This document shows positions 21,363-34,033 of a DNA stretch of 46,000 bases, one piece after another; position 1 is the stretch's first letter, and every line of letters starts with the position of its first letter. The DNA lies in contig OZ287722.1 of the NCBI GenBank assembly GCA_965649825.1, forward strand, positions 1-46,000, written 5' to 3'. The notes beneath the pieces are model-generated. The model was not told where the DNA came from. It did not search any database and saw only the letters and a list, made by a program, of their open reading frames with translations. This DNA is from Penicillus capitatus. Lineage: Eukaryota; Plantae; Chlorophyta. Made by a program: the position numbers and the translations under genes.

Positions 21363-21990
21363 ATGGCCACGGCCGAGGTCTTCTCTGTTCAGAGTGCTCT
21401 TCCCGCGGATGTCACCTTTGCTGTCTCACAACAGTCCATCGCCTTCGGTGCGTGCACAAGTCAAAGAGCCATCTCTCGTTCTGATTGTCAACCCAGGTTG
21501 CGTTCTTGCCGTAGAGAACCTTTTTGCCAGGTCTCAGACGACAATGGCACATCCATTTCCCTCTGAAACGCTGTGATCTTACCAGATATAAAATTGCGGC
21601 GGATGACCCGGGACGACCGCAACTTCTGCCTCTTTTCATCTGCTTAGGAGGATACGGCACGGTGCCTCTCCTCAGCATCCTCTGGTCATGAGACAGAGCA
21701 TGCATTTCTTAGACGGTGGGGTTGTTGCAGACGCAGAGTGACCTGCTGCAAGCGACGGGGTTTCTCACCGGAGTCGTCACGTCTGTTTACGTCATCATCG
21801 CATCCGTCATTCGAATTGCAGCGACGAGTTAGATTCCTCGTCCTTGATGAACAGCCTGGTTAATGGTTCTATGTCAGAGAACGATCAAAGGAGCTGGCCA
21901 GGACCCAAGACGTGGCCAGTGGTGCTCTCGCTAGGCGCTTCTTCCATGGCATTGGCATTTGTTCAGTCCTTCGTCCGGATCTCAGCGTGA
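21363..21990 (+). CDS. Uncharacterised small multi-pass membrane protein with WPGPKxWP motif
   Basis: Exons join as MATAEVFSVQSALPADVTFAVSQQSIAF|GCVLAVENLFAR|YKIAADDPGRPQLLPLFICLGG...TGFLTGVVTSVYVIIASVIRIAAT|KNDQRSWPGPKTWPVVLSLG...SA*. One internal junction and the 5' end are uncertain. Confidence 0.6.
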
Positions 21991-22075
21991 ACGGAGAGAT
22001 GAGATGACTTTGCGATAACATTCGTCTCTATTTAACCGAGGAGACTGCTTTTGTTTTGACAGACAAAATTGGATT

Positions 22076-23059
22076 CTACTGAGGATGACGTGAAGACATG
22101 ATATTCGCATGCAGCAGCTGAGCAATGACCTACAACGAACAGACGAGATCCGTCTGAAGATGCATCGACAGAGAATGCCCACGGCGTAATCTGAAGAATC
22201 TCTGAACTCTGGATGCCGTCGAACGAGGTCGTCGAGGGCTTCTGACGCTTTCCGGTAGTCCTTCTGCAGGTAGTACACATCGATCAATCTCAGATGTCCC
22301 TGCCATCCAACAAACAGTGTCCACACAGAGACACGACACAGGACGCATAACCGTCGTATAGTCGAGAGGAGCGTGTTCGATCGCGGCGAGAGCATCAGAC
22401 AAAGCACCCTCTACATCTCCAAGTTGCAGTCGGACACCAGATCGATTGGAGTAGAGCAGATGGCGATTTCCCATCACATTTAATTCCAGTGCTGTGGTGT
22501 ATCTGGTCTCGGCATCGGCAAAATCTCCTTGTCTCGCAGCTGCGTTTCCACTCACCCTCAGCTAAAGGCAGCGTATGTAGAAGAATGCGACGAGCAGTGC
22601 ACGTGAGATCGCACTTGCGTCGCCATGACCAGATTCGCATCGATCTCCACGTCGCACTGCGTTTTTAGCACTTCTGTCATTTGGGCTACTGTACCGACAT
22701 GATTCACGTACATCTCACAGGGCAAGAGCAGAACATTCGGCCCATTTCCACATTGCCCTGCTCTCACGCACCCTCACAGCGCACACTTGGCTACACACCT
22801 TACCCAGACATCCACATCCGATCGCTTCAACTTCTTTTAGCCTCAAATCTTTAACAAACTTCAGAATCTACGCATCTGAAGTGTCCATCATGTTAAGACC
22901 ACTAGCAGGGGGCACTTCTGCCGATCCCTGGGATTTGCAGGTCTTGTTCTGACAGATTCGGACTTCATACTGCGTGGCGGCGCATCGAACAGAAGACCGC
23001 GGAAGTGCACGATACCGCAACGCGACGCTCGTATTTCGTGTCTGCATGATGTTCACCAT
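22076..23059 (-). CDS. Thioredoxin-like [2Fe-2S] ferredoxin domain plus TPR protein, plastid transit-like N-terminus
   Basis: VRICQNKTCKSQGS (CxxxxC) and GCL|GQCGNGPN supply four Cys ligands; TPR LRVSGNAAARQGDFADAETRYTTAL...LLYSNRSGVRLQLGD...ALSDA; last exon VIAQLL...HPQ*. Start at ATG 23059 or 23047. Confidence 0.8.
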
Positions 23060-23169
23060 CCGTTACGTCATTTATCTAAACACATTTCCCATCAGCCTCG
23101 GCATCTCGCGATAAGGCAGGTCTACTACATCTTGCAAATCGTTGTCGCCTTCAAGTCGTGACTCTTAGA

Positions 23170-23641
23170 ATGGAGGATGACGATAAAGAACAACGACTTC
23201 GGTCAGACTCGGGGGATTTGGAATCCGTTCCTTCCGGGACGATTCTTATCGGCTCTGATGAAAAGTCAGATTCGCCTTGTAAGCGTGTAACCTGTACACC
23301 TGGATATCCAGACGCTCAACCTCGTGACCCTTCAGCTTCTCCCTCGCTTCCTGACACCAATGCTGTCTAGATATTCTTCCATTGAAATCAATACTGAAAA
23401 CGACACTAGACAAGAGAACTAAAGAAGAAGGAACGACGCCTCGAAGCAAAATTACGAAGGAACTCGCATGGAAAGACCGGCATGGCAGTGAACTCTTTCA
23501 AGTGCGAATTTTCTCAGCGAGGTGCGCCCATCGATTGTTTCTCTTTCTACCTCTACCCAAACATGGCCCTTTAGTGAGAAAGACACCGATGATGAAGATG
23601 CAGCTATAGAGAAGCAAAAATCCTGTTGTGCTTTGATGTAA
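23170..23641 (+). CDS. Small protein (108 aa) with SILK and RVxF-like motifs and a C-terminal CaaX box
   Basis: Exons 23170-23278, 23371-23521 and 23575-23641 sum to 327 nt: ...LPLKSILK...KITKELAWKDRHGSELFQVRIFSAS|EKDTDDED...KQKSCCALM*. Confidence 0.7.
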
Positions 23642-24240
23642 CCTGCTCGTCATACCTATCTACCCTTCAGCTCTGCACGGATGCATGCCTGTCAGCGCAC
23701 ACAGTCTTTACTTCTTTAGCGAAGCCTTCGTTGGTTTATGCATTTTGCTTTTGGTTCTGGCGGTTGTGACAATTCTGCAATGTGGTATGCACGAGTGTCA
23801 GGGAAACGCTACCTTAAGGGAATCTGATGTATTGTGGGTACATTGGATTGCTGAATGCGAGTGACGCTCTATACTCATGGAGGAATGCGCTGCGATGTAG
23901 TTGACGAGAGACATCGATTTTTTCCTCTCGTCTACTGACGGCTTCTGTGCGCTGCGTACGTGACTCAAGCAAGCGTATAACACAGCAAGGTACGATCGTA
24001 CAAGGATGCCATCTATTCGTCCATTCATCATCCATCCAGTTGTTTGTCTAATTGTTCCCATGCACATGTTTATGACCAAGAGACTGCCTCTGTGCCCATC
24101 CCCCTCCTTCCGAGAAAAGAATAGGGCCGTGACGCTACTGCAGAAGAAAGAGCATTTTCAGACCACGAACGCATGACCCAAAGAATGAGAATCTGTGTCA
24201 TGCCCCATGACTTGACAGAAACGTTCAATAGAGAGAAGTG

Positions 24241-27200
24241 TCACGTGTTCACAGGCTGATGGTACTTCGAAGGCTGCTGCTGCTGCTGTTGCTCTCTTGG
24301 ACGGGCTTCTGTGTCGGCCGGAAGATAACGGCCGTCTGGCGACTCTGTCCACGTGATCGGTGTATCTTCGATATGCTCAACGGCATCGTCATCGATGTCC
24401 ATGGGATCCGGCTCGGGCTTCTTCCGCTTCTCGTGGATGATCCTGAGTCCGTTTTCGATGTAATTCCGAAAGGCAGCACTGGTGTTGTTGAGGAAAGGTT
24501 TGACATCCACCTCTGGATGGTCTTGTTGAAATTGATACAGGCATTCCATGCCATTCTGAGTCATCTTCTTATCGCCAATCTTTTTGAAGATGACAGCCAG
24601 CTCGGTCTTCAGTTCGTTATGGGAGGTCTCGGGACGGACGTCATCGATAGGCGTTAGAGATCCGTTGCTTCTGGGTGGTGGTGTTCTGGGAGGAGGTCTA
24701 GAATCTGGCCCTTGTCCAGAGCAGCCATCAATGCTGTTGAAATACTCCTGAATCACGGTTGGCTGCGCCCCAACAGGCGGCGGAGCTGGGCCCTTAAGAA
24801 CTCCTGTGGTATGTAATGTTTGGAGATTCACGTCGATGTAGGCCAGAATGATCGGCGGCGGATAGGTATGGTGTGGAATGGCATCTAAATATGCAGAAAT
24901 CTCTGCACCCTGTACAGCAGAGCATCAGAGAGGAGTGGAAGAGGAATGGATGGCATGCCTTAAATCGACAGATTTCGTAAAGAATGGTCTTGACCATTCG
25001 CAGCGGCTTGTCGTCACACTCACCACGTCTTCTCAACTCATCGGGACCCATCTTCTCAAAAAACTCATGAAGGTCCAGCAGGACAGTTCCCACATTAAAT
25101 TCCTACGGTTACAAGATCTGTGCCATCCATTTCTCTTCAGAATGTCTGTCCTCACCATTTCATCCACGGCATTCGACTCCAGTAACGCTCCCATTCGCTT
25201 GGTGACCTTGATTAAACATTTGACGACGAGATTAAAGAATCTGTTCTGCAGCTCCGCTCGACTTTGTAAGATGGTTGGTGGCGGCGCTCTCAGGAAGAAG
25301 ACCAGGACGCTCATGACTGAATTGAGCTGAGACATTTCCAGTACTTTCAGCATAAGCACATTCATTCCTTTCATAATGGTATGCGCATCTGGGACTCGGG
25401 CCAGTCGATCGTCCAGCAGCAATTGCAGAAGACAGGAGACGAGATCCAAAAGAGTGTCCTTCTCGACAGATGGTGCCATGAATGGAGTGAGAAACGTTTG
25501 CAGGAGGGTATTCAATGTATACTTGCAAGCACGCTCAGATGGCGGCTCATGTCCGCGCTCCATCGCATCCACAATCTCCAGTACAAACTAAAGAAGAGAC
25601 ATCGACACGTGGTGTGTGAGAAAAGTGTGTTACGCGTTTCAGACGTCGCTGAAGTTCCCTGACGAGTTCATTGGCAGAATCCTTCAGCAATTGGATGGTA
25701 GCTGGTGTACCGGTCTTGGCTCGATCCAGTTCGTAGACTATGATCTTGAGAGAATCGATCGACTCCTCAAGATCTTCATTCTGAATCGTGATCATCGCTC
25801 GGGACCACGTTTCTTCTACGTAACTGTCGGAACGTTCAGGTGTCTTTTCGTCTTCCACAGCGAGGGAAGGTGGCAGAGGCGACATGGACATCTCCACAGG
25901 ACTCGCTCTTGCTGCAAAAGCCGGTCTTGAGTAAGAAGTATTCACTACAGTCAGAAGTCATGTCACGTCAATATCTGCCGCTGTGTAGCAGGAGTGGCAA
26001 ACCTGGAGGGAGATCAGGTGGTGGTGGTAATACATTTTCGGTTCTGGTTGCTTCCCTTGTCGCAGGACGTTCGATTTCTGGAGGATCGGGCAGAGGGGGC
26101 GGCATCGGAGACTGAAGACTTCGTCCACTGAGATGAGATGGCGGTCGCGGATACGTATCTCCATTGACCGAACCGGAGTCCAAAAGCGGATTCGGTGTCT
26201 GTCGTTTCCGACTACCGTCTGGCGTTGGCAACCTCGATGGCTGACTGGCAGGTGTCGACGGTCGAGAGCCACGATAACCAACAGCCAATCCCTTATCGTT
26301 CAATGTTTTGTGGTGCGCTTTGAAGCGCTCCTCGATTAAGGACTTCTGCTGAGATGTGATGCGTCCCAGGAGCTTCCAGATTCTCGTCCCTTCAAAGTCA
26401 TACACAACCGTCAATGTCGACAGAGAGGCAGCCCTGACAGCTTTGTCACGATCTGCCACGGCGGAGGCAATCTCTTCCAGTACTCTGAAGACAGAAGACA
26501 TGAAAAGCACACGCCTTGAAAATGACGTACTTGGACTGTTTGTTTCCCAATGCGATCTTAACGCCATCTCGGTCAATCATGGAACCCATTTCGTCGATGC
26601 ACTCCACACGTGTTCGCGTGTTCTTGCTCGTGAGACCCTGGCTCACGAAAGCGAAGACCTTGGACGTCGGGTAGACTGTCGTCGCCAAGCAGATAATGTC
26701 TCTGTGGAATCGTTTGATTCTGTCTTGGTTGTGACCCGATTTGTCGACGATGCAAGGCAAGAGTATCACAGCTTCGTATTCAGACAGTCGATAGTTCTCC
26801 GATGCCAGTTTCTCAAAGACACTCTTCAGCATCTCCAGCACAAGAGTCAGGCACTGAATCTTCCCTTGGTGGATTCTCAAAACGGACCATCTAGATACCA
26901 TCGATCATCAGATGCGATAGACATACGCTTGCGATGTGACCTGAAGAGGAAGTCGAGAGACGACAGAATCTCGTTGTACAGATCATTGATGGCATCTTTG
27001 ATGAGCTCCGCCGCCGTGCAGTGTTTTTTGAAATCGGGAGCGAAGAGCAGGGAATGCAGATGGGGTGCCACACAGGGCTCCATTTCTGTCTTGAGCACAG
27101 ACTCCTCATCCGGCGGTACACCATCGAACTTTCCCCTCTTCCCGCGATTTCGGTGCGCGCGGTCTGCCTTTCGATCGTTGAACACAAAGAGCGGCGGCGC

Positions 27201-30200
27201 TTCGGTCTTCGCTGTCGTAGGAGGTGTCTTGTCACCCGACACGTTGCGTGATCCTTTCTTGACGCGCGTCGCTGATCCAGTCCCCGATACCTCTGGCGTT
27301 CGCGCTCCTCGACGACTTTTGTCTGGAGCGGACTGTCCGGTCGTTGTTGCCGTGACGGTTGCCTGGGCATCGCCTCTGATCTTTTGGATGGCCTCCTGCA
27401 AGGCCGATCTGTACGAAGCGTCTGTCGATTGGACACACGATGTCACACTGTCACCAAATTTAGTCATAAGAGATTGCAGGAGCGTCTGACTCGCTTCCCG
27501 CACTTGCCCTGCCTTGTCACTCAGTCCAGCACCACACGCCTTCACACAATTCTCCAGGCTGTCTTTCGACACACGGTCTTCTGTCGCCATCTTGTTCAGC
27601 CAGACCAGCGCATCCTTCTTTCCATCGACATGCGATTTGGGAGAAGCCACTGTTCCAATGAATTCAGGAAGCAATGAATTGAGAGAGGCAACAGAGCACC
27701 AAGCTTCCATTAACTCGATCACCGCCGCCCTCACGACTGGCTTTGCATCGGACAAGGCTGACAAAGCAGGCTCCAAAATGCCCTTCCCCTGTCGCTCAAT
27801 GGCTTTCCCCATAGCTGCTGCCAACTTTGAAAAGATCTTCAAGGCCTGTGCAATCAAATTCTTATTGGCATCTGAAAGGCGTCCTTTCAGAGCAGGGAAC
27901 AGATCTCCCACGGTCGGCTGGATTCGATTGCCGGATTCCACCAGAAGCTGCTCGATATCGTCCATAGCTGCTTTGCGTTCTTTCCAGTTGGCATCGTTGA
28001 GTCGAGGCACAATCCGGTCGTTGACAGGCTGCGAAATGTCCGCCCTCGGCAGAATGTCGTCTGGATTGAACGCCGGAGCAGCAGCTTCGTCAGATTCTTC
28101 ACAAACTTCCATGACGCCTCCGCCCTCTTGTCCTTGACTCTCGCCCTTCGCTCCGGATACCTTGCGATTGGCGACGAAGCTCGGATCCTGTGGGTTCTTT
28201 CCAAATTCTGCCTCGATTGTCACCATCAATGCCGGCTTCACATTTGGACGTATCATATCGGCTAACGGTGGACCAATGAACTTGTGAAGAGAACCTGCCA
28301 ATAAAAAGTACAGCACGGCAGAGAGATGCAGGAGTGGCTGGACCTATAAGTGACACAGCGGCGTTTTTGACGGCCGGTATTGTGTTTCCTAACTCCTCCA
28401 CAATCCAATTGATCACAATACGTGTATCGATCCATGGTCCCAAACCAAATTCCTGAACCGCAGATTTCATCCAGTTCAGACCTTCGGACAGCACCTACAG
28501 CACAGCCGACCTCGCTCCACCCTCCATTCCCTTGCATCTTGACGCACTTTTGGATTTCTATGTTTCTTTGCTAATGAATAAATCAGTGAAAAAACGAAGT
28601 GAAGACCCATCTTCTCGCACACAGAGAGGAGAGTTTCCTGAGACTGTGTTCTCAGTTTGATATCAGCAATCTTCTCGATGAGTCCAGTAATAGCGGCGTA
28701 GGCATCCGATCGAGACAGGACTTTGGAATGCTCTACGACGTAACGTAAAACTTCGAATTCCTTTCCCATAACCTGAAAGATCTTCTCGCTCCATCCAGGC
28801 AGCTGTGAGATGCCTTGAATGAGCAGCGTCCCGTGCAGGGCGAGATCGATAGAGGGCAGTTTCTCATGCATCGACTCCAGAGCCGCCAGGCGCTCTTTCC
28901 ACGCAGCGCTGTTTAATCCAGTCACCACTTCTTCGCCAAAGAGCTCAGTGAAGCCGCGTTCGGCTCCCTCCTTTGCCATAGCACTGTTCTTCAGAACTTC
29001 TTCATCGACTTCTGCCGTATCTATGCACATTCACAGACGTTGCTGTCGGCGAAGGACTTGTTCGAAAAGACAAACAGCTCATGGATGACTTGGATGCACT
29101 CGGTTTCGATGCAGGTTTCGGATTGGAAGATGGTTTGGAGGAAGAGGGTTTATCCTTGGAAGGTTTCTTCGGTTTGGGAGCCGGTTTGTCAACGGCCATT
29201 GCGTTAGAGTCCGTTCCCTTTGGCGCCGGTGCAGCCGGTTTGGGCGCTGCCGTGGGTTTAGGTTTCCCTGCGCCACTTCTCGCTTCTTTGAGCAGCTCGT
29301 CCAGTTTCTTCTTGCGTACTTCGTCCAGCTTCGCCGTAATCTTGTCAATCGCGGCGGCGCTGGTGGCCTTCAAACAGAAGGACACCAAGACAGCCAATGC
29401 CCTCTCCCTTGTCAAAGGCGTCGCATCGTCCGAGCAACTCGCAATCGATGCACTGTAGACCGGCAACAGCTTTGCCGCTGCCTGTTTCGTCGAGTTGTCC
29501 AGACAGATCTTCATCCACTCCAACGTGCATTGCTTGACTTTGGGATTCTGATGTTTCAAGGCTTCGTGCGTATCTTCTTGCACATCCAAAAGTGTAAAGC
29601 AATAAGTGCTGAGATTGGTCAGCGCCTCCATGCAGGCACGGCAGACACTCATATTCTTCTCCTTGAATTTCTCCAGCAGCATACTGCAGTAGCTCTTTGC
29701 CAGTGGGAAGTCATGTCGAAGCCCCTTGGCCAGGGCAGCGACACACCAAACAGCTTCGGCCACGCATTGAACATTGCTGTCCTTTGTGATGATCTAGAAA
29801 CACATCGACCGAATCGCGTCGAGATGCATTCAATGTTGCCGTACCTTTTTGAGCTCTCTATTGATCTCTGAGTAATCTCCTGGGGCGAGACGCGGCTTAC
29901 TAGCGAGTGTTTTCAGCGAACTGAGTGCTCCTTTACGAATCGACCATTTCTTTTCTTGAAGATTGGCCCACCATTCCCGATCCAGTTGTCCCACCACTTC
30001 TGATGGCTCTGCTAAATCGTATTCATCAATTTCCTGCGCCATACACATCGCACGGGGTTTTCGATTGCCATCTCTTTACCATTGCTTCTGGCTCCTCTGC
30101 TGGAGAGGATGGACCTCCAGGACTGCCTCCCTGTTCGGCAGTCTGCTCCTGTGTTGCTTGCTTAACTTGCTGACTCCTGGTCAGCCGTTGTGCCGTCGGA

Positions 30201-31061
30201 CGTCCCTGCACATCCATCAAACGTCCCATCATCTGTCACTGTCATTTCAGATGCCATGAGGTGACAGACCTCTGGGATCTGAGCGATCAGCTTCTCGACA
30301 TCTTCCTTCATCGCGTCCCTCATTTTCTCAAACAGAATCGTCTTGACAGAATTTGCACCGACCCATTTGGCCAACTCCGCCACCAGTTCCTTCACTTTGG
30401 CCCGGATCTTGGCATCTTTGGAGTCGAAGAGCGGCGGCAGCGATTTCAAAATCGGCTGAGGGGTCATCACTTTCGTGCCGAATTGATTCACACATTGGAA
30501 GACGATATCCACACATGCCAATGCCACTTTCGGCACCTTGTGTACAAATCCCTTTGACATAAATGCCTCCGCCACTTTGTCTCCTTGTTCATCTTCCACA
30601 AACAGCAAACACACTTCCACCGATTTCAACACGGTTCCCGGTCGACCACTCAACGCCTTCGTAATCAACCCTGTACATACTTTATCACAAATCCTATTTA
30701 CAAACACTCCATCGAATCACAGAGGCATCATCCGTCCCATCACTTCGCCGCATGTGTCGTCGAGCATTTCTTTAAGTACTCTATCGTCAGTTCCAGTCCC
30801 TTATCGAGTGCGGCTGCATTGGTATCGATCACAGCCTTTGGTAAGTAAGACCCTATGCAGCTCGTCTCGTCGTCAAGCCTCGGAAGGTCATGTTCTACCG
30901 TAGTCGGCGAGAAGTGGGTCTTCTTCGGTAAAGACTTTTTCGCACTTGGACCGCATTTCTTCATACACTTCGACGCGCGCTTTCCACAGCTTGTGCGCGA
31001 CTCTTTCGGCTAGGGGACGTCGGCGAAGCTCCTCGAGAACTTGATTTTCGTCGTCAGCCAT
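24241..31061 (-). CDS. MOR1: XMAP215/MOR1 family TOG-domain microtubule polymerase
   Basis: LAERVAHKLWKARV, EKKWSIRK, LNSAAWKERL, LNDANWKERK and DFKKHC TOG/HEAT starts; C-terminal DDKPLRMVKTILYE...PIILAYIDVNL and ELAVIFKKIGDKKMT. About 14 short introns, one GC-AG. Confidence 0.96.
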
Positions 31062-31186
31062 TTTGAACTTTCGACGCGCGCAGCACAAACGAAAGAAAAC
31101 CGAATGGAATGCGCGACGCACGACGCAGAAGGCAGCGCGTGCAAAATCCAAATCACCCGTCGCGATGGACCTTAAATGCACACGTT

Positions 31187-32585
31187 ATGTCGAACGCATC
31201 ATTCGTCCAACGCAACACCAAGTCCTGGTTCACACGCACCGCTCGATGCCACGTGCGCCGCCAAGGACCCACGCGCCGCCGGATCCGGCCCATCTGCGCC
31301 ACGACGGCAGACGGGCGAACGACTCAGCGTGTCGTAGCGGACTACGAGGCCTACACCGTACCGCTCTACAGTCGACCCGACGTCGTTCTTGTCTCGGGCA
31401 AAGGCACACGTGTGGTCGACAGCGAAGGAAAAGAGTATCTGGATTTTTCGGGCGGAATTGCAGTTAATGCATTGGGCCATGCGGACGATCGAGTGATCGG
31501 GGCAGTGCTCGAGCAGGCTGAGAAGTTGATGCACACAAGCAATCTCTTCCATTCTCGACCTGCCATCGATCTCGCGAAGAGACTGGTCGAGCATTCCTTC
31601 GCGGACAAGGTCTTCCTGTGCAATTCGGGGACGGAGGCGACGGAAGCGGCAATGAAGTTTGCAAGAAAGTGGGCGTCTCTGCGTCAGGGCATCGATCCTT
31701 ACGATCCCGAACAGAACGGGCCGTTTGAGATTGTTTCTTTCACGGGTGGGTTTCACGGAAGGACGATGGGAGCACTGGCACTCACGCCAAAGCAGCGATA
31801 CCAATCTCCCTTTCTCCCGATGCTCCCTGGCCATCGATTGGCAACTTTCAACGATCTGGACTCTGCTGCTTCGGCTATTCAATCCGACAAGACGTGTGCT
31901 GTCATTGTCGAACCTGTCCAGGTCATTTCTCACTCCTCCTATACCGACCCCTTTTGTAACGCGATGGGATGTGAAGGGCGAAGGTGGGGTGAAGCTGGCG
32001 ACGATGGCTTTCTTGCAAGGATTGCGTTCTCTGTGTGATGCACATGAATGTCTGTTGATCTTTGATGAAGTTCAGTGCGGCATGGGACGTTGTGGAAAGC
32101 TCTGGGCGCATCTACTGCATGATGTGACCCCTGATATCATGACCTTGGCCAAGCCTCTGGCTGGAGGCCTACCAATCGGCGCCGTTCTCGTGAAACAGCA
32201 CGTCTCGGATGTCATGCAGCCTGGAGATCACGGTTCTACCTTTGCTGGCAGTCCCCTCATCTGCCATGTCGCCAACACCGTTTTCGATATCATAAAAGAT
32301 CCCGCTTTCCTCGATCAAGTCACGGAAAATGCACGCCTTCTGCATACCGAGCTCTCTCGTGCACTGAAAGACCATCCATCCGTGCAGGAGATACGGCATT
32401 CGGGTCTGCTCTTCGGTATCCAATGCCGTGGTCCTGTGGTAGATATCGTTACTAAAGCGATGTCCGAGGGCTTGATCGTCATCACAGCGGGAGCAGGGGA
32501 TGTGATCCGTCTGGCCCCTCCACTGAACGTCGCAATCGAAGAGATACACGAATGTGTGGACAAGCTCGCAGTCGCTTTTAAATGA
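31187..32585 (+). CDS. argD: Acetylornithine aminotransferase, organelle-targeted
   Basis: EYLDFSGGIAVNALGH, FLCNSGTEATEAAMKFARK, FHGRTMGAL, VIVEPVQ|GEGG, LIFDEVQCG, PLP lysine in TLAKPLAGGLPIG, HGSTFAGSPL. One intron. Confidence 0.96.
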
Positions 32586-32976
32586 AGGAGGACTTCCAAT
32601 GCACATACGAGTTTATCACGAGACAGCGCTGCCCTTTGAGAGATTCTCAGGTGACCACTGTATCCTCCACTACTGCAGATGCATCGCACAGGACTGTCAT
32701 CTTTCCGACCGCTGAAGATTTCGGTTTTGCCAGATCCCAAATCCCACGAGCGACCTTGAATGGCTGTTAACAATTTCCAGTATGGCCCACCAACGCCGTT
32801 TGTCCGTTATCCGCATTCAGAGGTGACAGTGACATCGTCGACAGAACGGACTGTACAGAGGTCTTTCGCGTCATGATGTGTTCCGTTAAAGCTCTTGCTG
32901 TCTCGTGGACTATCAACTCGACGCCTTGTCGGAGTGACGCAAGACCAACTGTCCGGGTATCGGCAGCGAGACGACG

Positions 32977-33962
32977 ATGCGCTCCGTTTCACCAAACCGC
33001 AGCTATCCCACCACAAGAGAGCGCCGATGTCGCCACTCTCTCGCAGCCCATATCACGCCGAGAGACGCTCTTGGGAGGCAAACAGCGCTCTGGCCTTTCT
33101 CCTCGAACGTTTGTCATACTCAGGACTCTCTCCACTCGGACTCTGTCTGTGCACCTCCTGTCTTCGGAAGCGGTCCACTTGGTACGACAAGTATATTGCC
33201 TATGCACTTAATTGCCTTCCGAATGATTATCAACAATGGATTCTGCCGTACAAAGAGACACTCTTCGATGCACTCGTCACCGATCGACCGATCGACATTC
33301 TAGAGATCGGAGTGGGCGGAGGTGACGATTTCGTATCGGCATCAAGCTCCGCTGAGATCTGGCCCGTGAGCAGGAACGAATTTTGATCTCGTCCAAGCGC
33401 GAGCACCCGAAGCGCATATGGTCGGCCTCGATCCCAATCCCGAAATGAAAAGCTATGCCCACGAAGCCGCCCGTAACGGCGCCCTGCGGAACTTCGATTT
33501 CGTTGAGGGCTACGCTGAGAACATGCCTTTTCCAGATCACTCTTTTGATTTCGTCATTTGCACACTGGTGCCGCATTCCACTCCCATACCCCATCGATCC
33601 ATCGCACTTTCACAGGTTCTCTGCAGCGTCCCAGACGTCCCTGCCACTTTGTCCGAAATCTGCCGTGTGCTTAAACCCAAAGGACAGTTTCTCTTTCTCG
33701 AGCACGTCATTGGACCACCAGCCTCTGCCACACGCTTCGCCCAAACCGTCTTCAATCCACGTAACTGCTCTGCAGCCATTCCTGCATTTGACCTTTGCTC
33801 TGCCTCACAGTGCAGCAAGTCCTAGCCGATGGATGTCATTTGACACGAGATACCCTCCATGCGATTCACTCCAGTCGCTTCTCTCGGGTCAATGCTCAAG
33901 AGATCACCATCTCACAGGCCTCTTTCCTGGCGCCGCATATAGTTGGTACAGCCGTCGTCTAG
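32977..33962 (+). CDS. METTL7-like class I SAM methyltransferase with transit-peptide-like N-terminus
   Basis: ILEIGVGG|GTN motif [28 protein letters not shown]|[30 protein letters not shown]. Four GT-AG introns; stop TAG 33960-33962. Confidence 0.88.
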
Positions 33963-34033
33963 ACGTCACATCCTTGTTCGACAGCAAGGCCATTCATTGT
34001 CGAATTGCACTCGCCGTTCCGTTTTTGGTCGCG

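Noticed and set aside
26356-27489. 377-aa plus-strand ORF
   Set aside because: Lies wholly antisense to conserved MOR1 exons; shadow ORF.
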